In this document: piece by piece, positions 36,658-48,678 of the stretch
How the letters are laid out: every line of letters begins with the position of its first letter
Numbering within the stretch: position 1 is the stretch's first letter
Assembly (NCBI GenBank): GCA_964187785.1
Contig: OZ076409.1
Span: 76,882,001 to 76,946,000, forward strand
Reading direction: 5' to 3'
Origin: Amphiscolops sp. MND2022
Taxonomy: Eukaryota
DNA length: 64,000 bases
Made by a program: the position numbers and the translations under genes
The notes under the pieces: generated by a model
Told to the model about the DNA's origin: nothing
The model's database searches: none
What the model saw: only the letters and a program-made list of their open reading frames with translations

Positions 36658-38690
36658 TTACTATTTTCCGCCCATATTTTATATGGAAAAGGAAAATATT
36701 TGAATCAGGAGCATTTTTTCACAGTTTGCAATGTTCCAAATTTATTCTCCAATTGAAAGGTTTCACTCATAGAATTCAACTGACATACTTTTAGTTTCAT
36801 TTGATATGTATTTGTTGAGATTTTTGGGTAGTAAAAACACCAAAAAGATCTCAGAATGACACGAACTGACCCCAAAAATTCAATACAAATTTCCAATTTT
36901 CAACGTTTTTACCCAGTATTTGTCGAGTTTCGGTTGATTTCGTAAATCAGACAGTTAAAAACAAACAGCAACGAATGATTTTGTCGTCCAGTAGGCTTTT
37001 GTAAAAAGAAAAGCGTTTTTAGTTTCAAAAATGCCTCAAATTGGCCCCCAAATTTCCAGTTTTTGTCGTTTTTCATGTAATTTGCGTAGAATTTTTGAAC
37101 GAATTCATAGGTTAGAACTTTCAATTCGTTCAAAAACAAAAAAATAGCTCCGCAGGCATTTTTCAGAAGAGAAAGGTGCAGAGATTTTTGATGCTACACT
37201 TGTCGTTTTATTGCTTGAAAAACAGTCAGAAAACTCAAAATATCCTAAATACCTGAAAATTTTCAAACTTGTCTTTTTCCATGCAATTTTAGTCAAACGT
37301 TTGAGAGAAGTTCTTCGATTAAAAGCTTGAAAAAGTTCAAAAACTATCGAAGCTGTAATCCATTCCGCTTTTTTTTAGAAGAGACCTACAATTTCTTAGA
37401 AATGTTCTTAAAAACAACCCAGAAGTAGTGGAAAAACGAAATTTTCCACGATTTGACATTCTTCTGACTTCCTTTTTAAATTTAGAAATACATCGTGAGT
37501 TAAAAAGTTCAAGAAGCCAGTAACCATGAAACTAAGTTTACAGCACTCCTTTAAAAGAGAATTTTGCAGTTTTTTGAAGAACCAATGCCTCAGAATAACC
37601 CAAAGTTTGAAGTTTTCGACGTTTTTTTTCAAATTTTGTTCACCATTTCTTGCCAGTTCGAGTGTTACAAAGAGATAAGCACTCAACAACAACAAAACCT
37701 GGTATCTAGTAGGTTTTTAAACGATACAGCTGCATTTGCTTGTTGAAACAGACATCAAACTCACCCCAATAATCAAAAATTTTACCAACAATGAACGTTT
37801 TTGACAAACAAGACCCAATTTTTGTTTAATTTTGAAAAAAATTCAGATTGGAACTTCCCTGACCTAGAAGGCGGAACAAAAAATTTTTAAATGCTATATA
37901 GGGAAAAAAGTTGGATAAAAACCTCGAATTTGACAGAAAAGGAATTAAACATCCTAAACGTTTCTAGTCTTACGCTTGGAGCCTGATTGAACGATATTTG
38001 ACAAAAGACGTCAAAAAGGAATTTTACGCCTTTGAGGGAATTCTATAGCAATTTTGCAAATCAGTTTGTCCTCTCAAACTTTCAGCAACATAATTCAGTG
38101 CTGAGCACATGAATTTTTTGGGTTAGAAAACTTTCAAAAAAATTTAAGACTAGAAACGTTTAGGATGTTTAATTCCTAACAGGGGATGTTTAACAGTTAG
38201 GATGTTTAACAGTACACTTTTAAAAGAAAAGCTGACGGTTTTCTATGTATAAAAAAGCCTCGGATTGCCCCTAAATAGTCAAAAGAAGATTTCGACGTTT
38301 TGTTTGAATTTCATTGTAGAGATATCTGCAGTTTCTTGTTAGAAAATTATGGCACAACAACCAGTAGTCAAAAATATCAAAAACTTTCAACTATTGACAT
38401 TTTCAGTGAGTATTTGTGCAGAAATATGAAAACTTGATAGGTTAGGTACTGATATCCTCTCAGTTCAACAAAAACATTTAGGTACTTAATGAGTTCTTAT
38501 CTTAATTGTTTCCTTTAACATAAGATAAGGGGTAAGATTGGAATAATATGACCCGAAAAGAGCCAAAGTTTGATTTCTCCAATTTTCTTTGCATTTTCAT
38601 AGAGCATTGGCTACTCTTGAGCCTGTATATTATGTCGTTGTCGGAACCATTTCGGGCGGAATATATCCCGACGGTCAGCGGGCGTCTTGT
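36658..38690 (+). mobile_element. Family-A DINE-1/Helentron-like element (~2.0 kb)
   Basis: 5' TATTTTCCGCCCATAT...GGAAAATATTT; 3' GGGCGGAATATATCCCGACGGTCAGCGGGCGTCTTGT. Confidence 0.7.
37940..38216. repeat. Perfect 33-bp inverted repeat; remnant foldback element nested in the family-A copy
   Basis: AGGAATTAAACATCCTAAACGTTTCTAGTCTTA (37940-37972) is the reverse complement of 38145-38177; the right arm continues with GGATGTTTAACAG units. Confidence 0.75.
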
Positions 38691-40826
38691 ATTAAAATTG
38701 TAATTATAATCAATAGTTTTTGTGTTCTCAATTTTTCGATTTCTTACATCACATTCATTAAAAATAGTTAAAACTATTCCGGCCAGAAAATGCACAAAAG
38801 TGATAACTCAAGTTTGTGGAAACATTAGTTTGAAAAAGACACTTTGTTGTCAATTGTGATTGCATCGTTTTTTGCTGACTGGAAACAGTAACCATTGATA
38901 CTGAAGGTCAAAATTGCAGCCACACTAATGTGTTCGCTTTCTGAAAAAGGCCTTATGGCAAAACAAAATGAACCAAAAATTATTTTAAAAAACTTTCGTG
39001 AAGTTTCCTAAGTTAATTTTCAACCTCGCCAACCAGAAAGGAAAGGAAACCAAGTTAAGTTTCATTGTTACTTCTATCTCATTGACGCCCTTGAGACCGA
39101 TTTTCCCATTTAAATTGCTTACATTGGTATGCGCATATAGCGATCTTCAAGTTTGCTCTTCGAAAAAATGCTTGCGGCAGAGAAGTCGTTATAAATACAT
39201 TTTCCCGTAAAGGGGTCCCTAATTTGATAATTGAAAAATACCAAAATCCCAACATTGCTCAAAAGTCTTCCTGAATTGCTAGTTTGAATTAGTAAATCAG
39301 CTGCTCAAAAGAACGCAAAATGAATTCGCTGAGTACCCTAGAAATGTGGTAGATACACTAAGGTACCAAAACGCTAAAAACACTTGATTTCGAACCTCAA
39401 ATTGCGATAAATTTGTACATAATCAAAAGACACAAAGTAATTGGAGCAAAATCAAAATTCAAACAGAATGACAGGCGTATTTCTCGTTTTCAACTCGCAC
39501 AAAAACTCCAAAAATTAGTAGCTAACGAAGTTTTCGCGAATTTCTGATTTTTTGTGTATTTTTCGATCTTTATTATGCATTATCCCGAGAACCCCTGTTC
39601 TTAACGAAAAGTATTTCAGACAAACTTTGTACTTTCGCCTAAGATCTCTAACTTTGAATAAAACACTTTCATTCGGAAAACGCCCTTCTTAACATTTTAC
39701 GCCGCAAAAAGATCACAAAATACGAAATGTTTAATTTTTGCCACGGTAAAATGGTAAAATATTTTTGAAAAGTGTTTTTGGCTATTCATTTTACGAAAGC
39801 ATTCTCAGAAACATTGTTATTCATGAAAGTTGAAGCGCAGTGTTAACGCTACAAAAATGAGCAAAGGAGGTTTTTCTTCTGACCAGTATTCAAAGACAAG
39901 ACATTGTTGCGTAACGCAACAATACGCAATTTTTAACTGTTTATATTTGACGCAATTTTCAACTATTTGAAGCAAAATGCTGTTTTAACAGCAGTTTAAA
40001 GCGTATTAACACCCTGATTGACGTAATGCACGAGCAGTTTTTGTGTAAAACACGACGTATGACAGTACGTCATAATTTACGTGACGTAATTCATGGCTTT
40101 TGTATATTACAATCTAAATTGTAAAATTGATAGCGGTGAAATTGTATGAATACTTCTACACACCTGAAGTAGTGTAACAAGCAAACCGTCTAATAGGCAG
40201 ACTACTCAGAAAGGAGATAACTTAATCAAGTAATTGACCAATTGACCAATCACAAGTTAGAATTACAGATCAATGAAATGAGTGCTGATACACCCAATAT
40301 AATAGGAACTTGATTTATTTGAAAAGGTTAGCATATTTGTTGTATGGCTCGGTTGCTTCGCTCCCTTCGCCAAGTAACAAAATCGAGGCATGGCCATATG
40401 GCACGTCGCTCCGCTTCGCTTCGCTCCTGGATTTAGGGCGCCAGGGGTATGGGAACTTAGCTGACTACGCTATACTAATAATTCTATTGACTGCTAATAT
40501 GACGCACTTATTTAGTCCTACACTGAAATTTCAACCAATAAGAATCGAGTCTGCTCATCAGCACGAATGATACTTCTATGCTATTTGACTGGTCTGCTTG
40601 TTAGACACACTCCCTGCACACACAAGGGGGCAGCTTGTCAACTGATATTTATTAGCCATTGAAATCCTTCAACAATAGACTAAATTAGGATGTTTTACAT
40701 TCCTCAAACGTATTTCAAATAGCAATCAATACTCGTTATACTATATTTCTTTACACATCTCTGGTTCCAATTTAACACCCTACATAGGAAAAGCCAAAAT
40801 GTTCAGCCATCAAATCATTCAAAAAC

Positions 40827-41640
40827 TTGAAGGTGGAATCAAGGCACGTGAATTCAATGAAACTTCGAACAAAACTGTTTGTGGTTGATGCATTTACACA
40901 AGAGATTATCCTGCTTCAAACATTCTTTTTGATTATAGTAAGCATATTGGCACCACGAAACATGAAAAAAATTTCTTTGACAACAAAAGGTCAGAAATTG
41001 CTCACTTTTAATGCAAATTCTTCCAGCGAGAAAAATTTTTTCATTGAGTGGATTACAGAAGCTTTCGTTTCGGCCAAGATTCCAATAAAAATGGCTCGAA
41101 ATGGGGTGTTTAAAACCTTAATAGAGCAATTTACTCCCTTCGCTATCAAAACGTCACTTGGTTGGCCTGGTCGAAGTCGAAACATCTGCCAATGTTGTTA
41201 ATATCCTGATAGTCTGTGGTTCATTGGCGTGCATTTTTGAAGTCCGTATGATAGCGTTTTTCTATTTAGCAGTAATGGTGCAGCGTACATGATCAAAGCT
41301 GGTAAAAACCTCAGAAACATGTTTTCAAAAATGCTGCCTGTTACCTGCGTTTTTTTTGGACTTATGAGGGTGGCTTGTCGGCTCTCGAAATGCAATTACA
41401 GAGAGAATTTTATTCCAAGCGGCAAAGCTTTTCGATCGATCCACAGCAAGACAACGCCAATTTTAGCAATTTTAGGCTTACTTCTTCCTCCGAAACCTTT
41501 CATTACGCCTTGGAATACATTTTTGAATGCCTTCTATTATTGCGATCACTTTGTCGAAAATAGGCGATTTCTTGTTCATTCACTTGAGCTCAACGACAAC
41601 CTATAACTAGCAGTGTACTTTTTTGAATTGACAAACGATT
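40827..41640 (+). pseudogene. Decayed hAT-superfamily (CGGBP1/DUF659-like) transposase fragment
   Basis: Frameshifted blocks EAFVSAKIPI...FKTLIEQFT, SNGAAYMIKAGKNLRNMFSKMLPVTC..GLMRVA, LPPKPFITPWNTFLNA resemble the EAFVSANIP / SDAA.YM.KAG / HVTC.AH.LHRVA / PP.P..TRW.TW motifs of this group. Confidence 0.7.
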
Positions 41641-42637
41641 CAGCACTTGAGTAACATACATCTTCTAGATACTGACTGCATCAATCACATAACTTCTCGT
41701 TACGCAACAGCATTCGTATCATAAGCAAACTGCAAAAGATCATTAACTTGCAAGCCTTACCCAACATAACTAGACCAAGTACTGAAGAAAAATCCAAAGA
41801 ATTCAAAAACAGTTCTATTATACGTTGCCGCAAATGGCGATAAGGTGGAACCTACTTCAATTGAGTTTAGCAATGCCCAAAACAAAAATGCACCGTATAA
41901 AAAGCAGATCGGTATATCTTAGTTGTTATCAGAAGAAACAATGCTATCTTTAATTATTGTTTAACTGTGGGGAGTTCAATTAGTGTTCGTCATGAAAAAA
42001 GGTAGTCACAGGAGAATTTGCTACTTGTTCACTGCATTCACTACAGGAGAAAATACACGACTCTTCCAAACAGTGTTTTTCTCCAGTAGCTCTGATACGT
42101 CCACTATTATGGAAAACGGATGGAGCAAATTTTTTTCATACGATAAAGACAATTTGGCCTAGCCAGCACGCTCTATTTGAGATGTCGACGTTATATCCGA
42201 AGTAAATAGCGTTTTACTAAGGAGGAGGTCAATGTTCAAAGAAGCTCTCGCGATTGATCCATATGGCTAAATGCGAACTTTTGGCGTTATATCCGAAGTG
42301 AAATGCGTTTTACTGAGAAGGAGACGGATGTTCTGATACAAAGCGCACATCGAAAAGGCTTGTCCTTCGGTACTCTGAAATCGAGAATTTATTTGAAAGA
42401 GAATTTTCGACGTTTTTACGTTTTTGAATTTTGATCATTTTGAGCCTGAAGCGGGGCGCCGACTTATGACGTTCCCGGTTTGTTCATGTGTTGAAATTAT
42501 TTCGTTACCATAAATTGTCCAACTGAACATTGCAACGAAAGGTTTTTTATCTGTTACATATTAGCTTTTCAAACTTTTTCATGGTGCCCAGAATAATTTG
42601 ACAACATCTGGTTTTCAAAAACTTGTTTTTTGGTCTC

Positions 42638-43114
42638 TTTTTAGTCGGCGCGTTTTCCTTTTAAGGAAAAATGCCCGACTATAGCAGTGACCTTTTTTTT
42701 CAGACTACAATTCTCACACTGATCGGTCCACTTTTTACAATTCTCAATTCTGCGCAGAGCACCTGAGGCCAAGTCCGCCCAAGGCAAACTTTACTCCAAA
42801 GGGTCCCCCCTTTCATTTTTTACTTTTTCAAGGAAACATACAAAACCGGACGTGCCCAAAGGGTCCCCCCTTTGGATTTTTTCGGAACTGTGCGACTTTT
42901 TTCGAAATTTTTTTTTCGAAAATTTTTTTTTCGAAAACAAAACGGAATGTTTGTTAATAAATCCAGAAGGGTCCCCCCTTTTACATTTTTCGGCACTATG
43001 CGAGTTCTTTTGAAAGAAAATTTTTTTTCAAAAATTTCAATTTTTTCCAAAAAAAGTGTTTTACGCTTTTTGAGCCTTAGATATGGCGCCGACTTTAGAC
43101 GTTCTCGTCTTGTT
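42638..43114 (+). mobile_element. Family-B DINE-1/Helentron-like element (additional 3' ends at ~42455-42484 and ~43497-43527)
   Basis: TTTTTAGTCGGCGC...GCCCGACTATAGC start; GATATGGCGCCGACTTTAGACGTTCTCGTCTTGTT end. Confidence 0.7.
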
Positions 43115-45083
43115 GAGTTTTTCGGCACTGTCAGACTTTTTTCCAGAAAGAAAAAATTAGACATGTTTTTCTAAAATTGTGTTTTTTGATGTTTCGAGTT
43201 ATGTGTGATTGTTCTAGAAAACCATTTATACAATCAGAGGGTTTATACAGAAAGCGTTTAGCGAGCCTAAAGATCCTTTTTTGCCACTATGAGACTTTTT
43301 CCGTAGAAAAAAGTAATTCAAAAAATACTTTTTTTGAAAAAAAAATTATTTTCATGTTTTCATTTCAAAAAAAATTGGTTTTTGAGTCTTATAGGTATCC
43401 TTTCAAGTATTTTTAGTGCTGTCAATTCGATGAAAATCTTCAAAATGCTGTGCTTCTTCGCATATTCAAAACACTCTGCTTTTTTGAAATTTGAGAGGGG
43501 CGCCGACTTTGGTCGTTCCCGGCTTCTTTTACAACAAAACAACACCATGAAATTCTCCATCATTGATCCATTTCTTACAGGGAAGTTCAAATAGTTATAT
43601 AACCATATGGTAAATCTACATTGTTGAAAGTGGATTCATATCAGTAATCCAATTATCTAACGAATTAGGCTGCTTGTGACTGAATCTTTCTAGATGTATT
43701 TGAACAATTGAAAATCTGTCAATTTCGAGAAGCAGATGTTTCTTACAGCAAGCACTTAAGTCATGTTGAATTCATTTTGAACCTTCACCGTTGTGATCAA
43801 TTTTTTCTTGGATTTCTTCTTGAGGGAGACAAAAGAAAGGATTATTTCATTTTCCTGTACCAAAAGTACGACGGTTGTTGCATCCCAGTGTAACATATCT
43901 TGAAACTCTTGCCAAGAATCTTACAATTTCCTGAAACCCTTGATAAGAATTTTGACAAGATTCTTACCAAGAGCGCCAAGAATATGTACAATCTTGCAAG
44001 ATTTTGCCAAGAACTTCAAGGAACTCACTTAATTTTTTCGACTAAAAAACGCACAAAAAGTGTTATTGGTATAAAAAAACTCTCAGGAAAAACCTCTCAG
44101 AATCTTGGCAAGAAATCCAAGAAATGCCAAGAATCTTGGCAAGAAATTCGGGAAAACCCAAGAATGAGCGAGAAAAACTAAGAGACTCATGGATGATCAT
44201 GAATGAAATTACATGAAAAGACCTTAACTTTCATTTATTTTGGTAAAAGTAATGCTGTTAAGCACCACTTAAATTGACAATTGGTGAACGGAAGTTACAG
44301 TTCCACGTCTAAAAAAGACGATATCTATGTCAATTGGTACCAAACTTTATTTTGTATTATCACAACGTTATCAATCTGATTCAACAATTTGGCTCCAAAA
44401 TACTTTTGGAAAGTTTCCCTGATTTCATATTTGATATTTTTCCATATTTTCATATTTGATATTATCGCTCCTGGTTGGTGTTTGATGAAATGCATAAATT
44501 ATCAGACATAAATAGAATGTCAAAAATTGACAAGAATCTTGTTTTTCACTGAATAGTTTCTCAATGTTGGAATTCAAAACGATTACCAGAAAACTCAACA
44601 CAAAAAACTCAACACAAGAAAACTCAACACAGAAAACTCAACACAGAAAATTCAACACAATTTAGGCATTTATTTATCGTGATATATTATACATGTATAT
44701 ACCTTGTTCGTTCTGCTCAAAATTTATGAATTTGACACATTTTTTCCTAAATATTTGTGTTTTCGTTTAAACATTTTCTATGAAATTTTATGTGTGTTTG
44801 AAATGTGTCGCAATCATGACTAGGTGTAAAGGAAACTGTACGGCTTTATATGTGTTTGAAATGAGTCGCAATGGTGACTAAGTGTAAGCAGAAATAATAC
44901 GGATTAAACAATTAGTTAGATTTTGGAAATTAAACTCAATTGAAGTGTTAGCTGAATTCAATTAAATGTGTTGAAATGTGTTGAGTTTTTGTGTTGAATT
45001 TTCTGTGTTGAGTTTTCTTATGTTGAGTTTTCTGTTTTTAGTATGTGTTGAGTTTTCTGTGTTGAGTTTTCTTGTGTTGAGAT

Positions 45084-47265
45084 TGTTGTATTCTCTAAAT
45101 CTAGATTAAGATGGAAAAGAATAAAAGTTATATCTCTAGTTCCGACTGTTCTATATCAAATCAAATTGTACATATGTATCAAATGTAATTTAATGTAGAT
45201 TGAGTTTGTTAGTAAACAACTCTAGTATCTAGACTAGATAGTTTGAAGACCGAATCTCGGTAGAGGTTAAATGGTAGTCTGAACCGGTTTGAACCGAATA
45301 TAACATTTCTCTTCCTATTCTTTTCACATCTTCTTCAATTTCGGTTTGAGGGGCCTGGGGTTGAGGATTCTTCTGGGAGGAAATCCGCTGGCTTTTGTAC
45401 TGTCTCGGGTTTCGGTGTTCCTTTGTGTCTGGTCCACACGGTACCTGTAATATAAATTAAACATTTATTTTCTATCCCCAAAAGTTTCCGGTATATGTTA
45501 TACTACCGTATCTATTCGGTATTTTGCTTTCTCGGTTAGTTCGTCTTATTTGTGTTTTTGGTTTCTCACCCGTTATTTCGCTGTCGGTATGTAACTGTAG
45601 TGTGTCTTCTTCTTCCGGATTCGTCCGTATTGGTACATATCTCCCGTCTTTCTCGGATGTGTCGTACACTATTGGTGTTCCGATTTCTTCCGGCATTTCT
45701 TCGTCTTCGTCGTCATCATCTTCTTCGGTATCGCTATCTGCCCGCTTTTTGTTCGGGACGATTTTCAGTTTGCCGTTCAGGATGTCCTTGAGAATTTCAT
45801 CCCACCGGGTGTACTTCCCGTCCAATCCGCGTATGCAGTGTCGGTTTTTTGGGCTTATTTCGCCGGTTGTGTGCAAGGCCGGCTCTTTTCTGATTTTTCT
45901 CTCGGTCTGAAATAATGGATCCGAAATAAATTTTCGGTTTATTATTTTTCCGGTATCGGTTTTTATAGTACTTTCGGTTCCGCTTATGGCGGTTTGGATT
46001 TTATTTTGGAATTTTCCTTCTAATGATTTTTTGTTGTAGTTTTTTTCGACAAAATGAAAGGGATATCTAACCGAATTTTTCTTTTTCGGTGACTTTGGTC
46101 CGTCGGCGTGGTGTTTTTCCTCTATCTTCGTTCTCGCCATCACAATATGATTTGTGATGTCTCCATCCGCATCACGGCCCACATAGATTGGGATTTTCGG
46201 TTTGTTTGATGCTGAAACAGATAGTTCTGACCAATCAGACAGGTATGATTTTCCGTCTTTAACAATATTTGTTAATTCGGTTCTCGGTTTTCTACCGTGA
46301 TGTAGTTCGAATGGTGTTAATTTTAGTCCGGTATGTATTGTAAATCGCATTACATGTAATGCTCGATTTACACTTTCGGTTAGGCTTGTGTTGTCTTCCA
46401 TATTTGCTATAATCAGATTCTTCAGTGTTTGTATTGCTCTTTCTACTGTTCCGTTTCCCGTATGTATTCGGGGGGTACAGTATTCGATTTCGATATTTCG
46501 GTTTTTGCAAAATTCTCGGTATTCTTTGGAAACAAATGCTCCTCCTTTATCGGATTTAATTTTTTCGGGTATTCCGTATAAATTAAAGTTACTCGATAAA
46601 AAGTTTATGACTTCTTTTGTTTCCGCTGACTTGCAGATTTTTACGGTTGGCCATTTACTGAATCTATCTATCTCAATTAGTATTTGTATATCTCCGTTTG
46701 TCTTTTTATTGTGTAATTTTCCGGTAAAATCGATTTGTATTTCTTGACCGGGTTCGGTTAGTTTTTCTAATTTTCCGTAATGTTTTTTCGGTAATTGATA
46801 ATTAAGGTTTTTACCTGATGCGAGGCAGGCGGTGCAGTCTTTCACTTTATTCTCGATGTCCTGCTTCATTCCGGGCCACCAGAATATTTTGGCTTCTGCG
46901 TTCATTTTTGTTATTCCGGAATGACCGAAGTGGATGATATCTAGGAGTTTTCGTCTAAGGTCGATTGGTACGACGATTTGGTCGTCTACGAAGACCAGTC
47001 CCCATCTTATTGACAGTTTGTCGAATACTGTCCGGTAGCCATCCGGAATTGTTTCCCGGTCTTCCCTCCTCATGCTGTTTCTGACACGGGTTAGTTCCGG
47101 GTCGATGGCTGTTTTGGCGATGAGTGTCTTCAAGTCCATCATGAACTCGAATTCCGCCTTCTTTATATTTTCTTCCGTGATTTTCTTGTTGCCGGTTAGT
47201 TTTCCCACGATATGGTTAATTTGGATGTATTTCGCTTCCTTTCCATCCGTGTTGTATTTGCTGAG
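45084..47265 (-). mobile_element. 5'-truncated Ty3/Gypsy element 3 (integrase, PPT, 3' LTR 45084-45305)
   Basis: Putative LTR bounded by TGTTG...TAACA with PPT complement TTTCTCTTCC at 45306-45315; integrase homologous to elements 1 and 2; gag, PR, RT and 5' LTR absent. Confidence 0.88.
45472..47208 (-). CDS. Gypsy integrase (HHCC, DDE core, C-terminal extension), uninterrupted 578-codon frame
   Basis: IHFGH...CTAC, QIDFTG, KSDKGG, TVERAI; no internal stop. Confidence 0.88.
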   Translation of the reverse strand: MGKLTGNKKITEENIKKAEFEFMMDLKTLIAKTAIDPELTRVRNSMRREDRETIPDGYRTVFDKLSIRWGLVFVDDQIVVPIDLRRKLLDIIHFGHSGITKMNAEAKIFWWPGMKQDIENKVKDCTACLASGKNLNYQLPKKHYGKLEKLTEPGQEIQIDFTGKLHNKKTNGDIQILIEIDRFSKWPTVKICKSAETKEVINFLSSNFNLYGIPEKIKSDKGGAFVSKEYREFCKNRNIEIEYCTPRIHTGNGTVERAIQTLKNLIIANMEDNTSLTESVNRALHVMRFTIHTGLKLTPFELHHGRKPRTELTNIVKDGKSYLSDWSELSVSASNKPKIPIYVGRDADGDITNHIVMARTKIEEKHHADGPKSPKKKNSVRYPFHFVEKNYNKKSLEGKFQNKIQTAISGTESTIKTDTGKIINRKFISDPLFQTERKIRKEPALHTTGEISPKNRHCIRGLDGKYTRWDEILKDILNGKLKIVPNKKRADSDTEEDDDDEDEEMPEEIGTPIVYDTSEKDGRYVPIRTNPEEEDTLQLHTDSEITGEKPKTQIRRTNRESKIPNRYGSITYTGNFWG

Positions 47266-47888
47266 GTGTTGAGTTCATGTGTTGAGTTTTCCGCACCCCT
47301 TCAAAACAAACCCGTGTCAAGCTTTTGTATCTATTTAAATTGAACTATGATAAAACGTGTTTCTAATAAAGTTATATCGATGAATGAATTACATTATATC
47401 CGCTTTGTTGACGTTTTTCACTATGTATTTCTTTTTGACATGAATAACTTGGGTTTCCAGCTATTTTTTTCAAACTTTAGTTTGTTTACAACTTGAACTC
47501 TATCAAAATTGTTTTCCGACATTAATTATATAACAACAAAAATGCGGTGTTTCCAATTAACTGATTTTTCACCGAATTAGGTCATACAGAGGATAAGTGA
47601 TGAAATACCCTATGTACATATAGGCATTATCTAGTCGTTAGATCTGTAGCGGCATTTTGGTCGAGACTATTCTGTTGGTTTTTCGTTTTCAGACACTGCG
47701 CTTCTTTTTCTGTTATAAGAATGTCTTAATTTTTCGAAAAACTTCGTACAAAGAACCTGTAGTGTTACACGGACTAACAAGATGAACAAAATGATTAAAG
47801 ATGTATACTCTCAAAATCGGTTCTCTTTGCTTATATAAATTTCATTCAAAGGCTTCTCCGAGCTTTACAGTTCACTAAATGAAGATTC

Positions 47889-48068
47889 AAAAGAACCACA
47901 AGACAAGTTTGAACACAATTAGGCTCGCCACATTTCCGAAATACGTCGAACATAATCCTGCCCGAGAAAACCATTATAATGATTTTGTCGGGCAGGATTA
48001 TGTTTGACATATTTCGAAAAATTGGCGAGCATAATTGTGTTCAAACGTGAGTTGCGGTTGGTTCTTTT
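47889..48068. repeat. ~180-bp imperfect palindrome (hairpin MITE-like)
   Basis: GTTTGAACACAATTA.GCTCGCCA...AACATAATCCTGCCCGA mirrored around CATTATAATG (~47976) by TCGGGCAGGATTATGTT...TGGCGAGC.TAATTGTGTTCAAAC. Confidence 0.85.
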
Positions 48069-48544
48069 TTTATAATCAATACTGAGATACCCAATAAATT
48101 GCTAGCATTAAAGGTAATGAAAATACATCCTTTAGGAACTTCGTGTCATTAACTGTTAGTCATCTTATCGGAGGCTGTACTAAGCTTCAAGAATTAATGG
48201 TGAAGTACTCTCTTGAAATCTATTAGATGCTAGAAAACAGTTTTAAATAACTACGTCTTCGTGCAGAAAATATTCAACAAGTAATGGATTGTAGCTACTC
48301 AGCTTCGTATTGCGGTATTTGCGGTACGGGACTGTCGTAGCTCATCAAATATCATCCATTTTTCAATGATTTTCTTACGCATGGTAAGTTTCATAGGCCA
48401 GGGAAAAATCATTTCACTAAGTCCTCATCAGATTTTTTCGCCGGTTTCAAAATGTTTTTTGTTTTAAATTCTCCAATTTTGGAGACAGATGGTCTTCGAT
48501 ATTTTCCAGAAGTTTGTTTGAGCATTGAAAAACTTAACTTTGCT

Positions 48545-48678
48545 AGCTGCAACAGAAAATCAACGCTTAAAAAATTCAACCTAGGTTTTTAGAAGGGACT
48601 TTTGAAAAAGTGGTTACGCTGCTTGTGTTCACAGAGGTCTTGATCAACTTTTTTAAACGTTGATTTTCTATTGCCGCT
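48545..48678. repeat. Small element with ~32-bp imperfect inverted ends
   Basis: AGCTGCAACAGAAAATCAACGCTTAAAAAA versus TTTTTTAAACGTTGATTTTCTATTGCCGCT. Confidence 0.6.

Larger units (their letters stand above)
44581..47299. mobile_element. Foldback-type element (13-14-bp AGAAAACTCAACAC units, 8-bp TSD) carrying a Gypsy fragment in its right arm
   Basis: Left arm 44588-44659; inverted arm 44978-45081 resuming at 47266-47291; TSD TTCAAAAC at 44573-44580 and 47300-47307. Confidence 0.8.

Noticed and set aside
40015..40092. Cluster of TGACGT/ACGTCA motifs
   Set aside because: No linked gene or boundary; cannot be supported as regulatory.
42820..43594. Lys/Phe-rich ORFs of 75-115 aa, and similar ones at 8607, 21597, 43900
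   Set aside because: Chance frames in A/T-tract-rich non-coding repeats.
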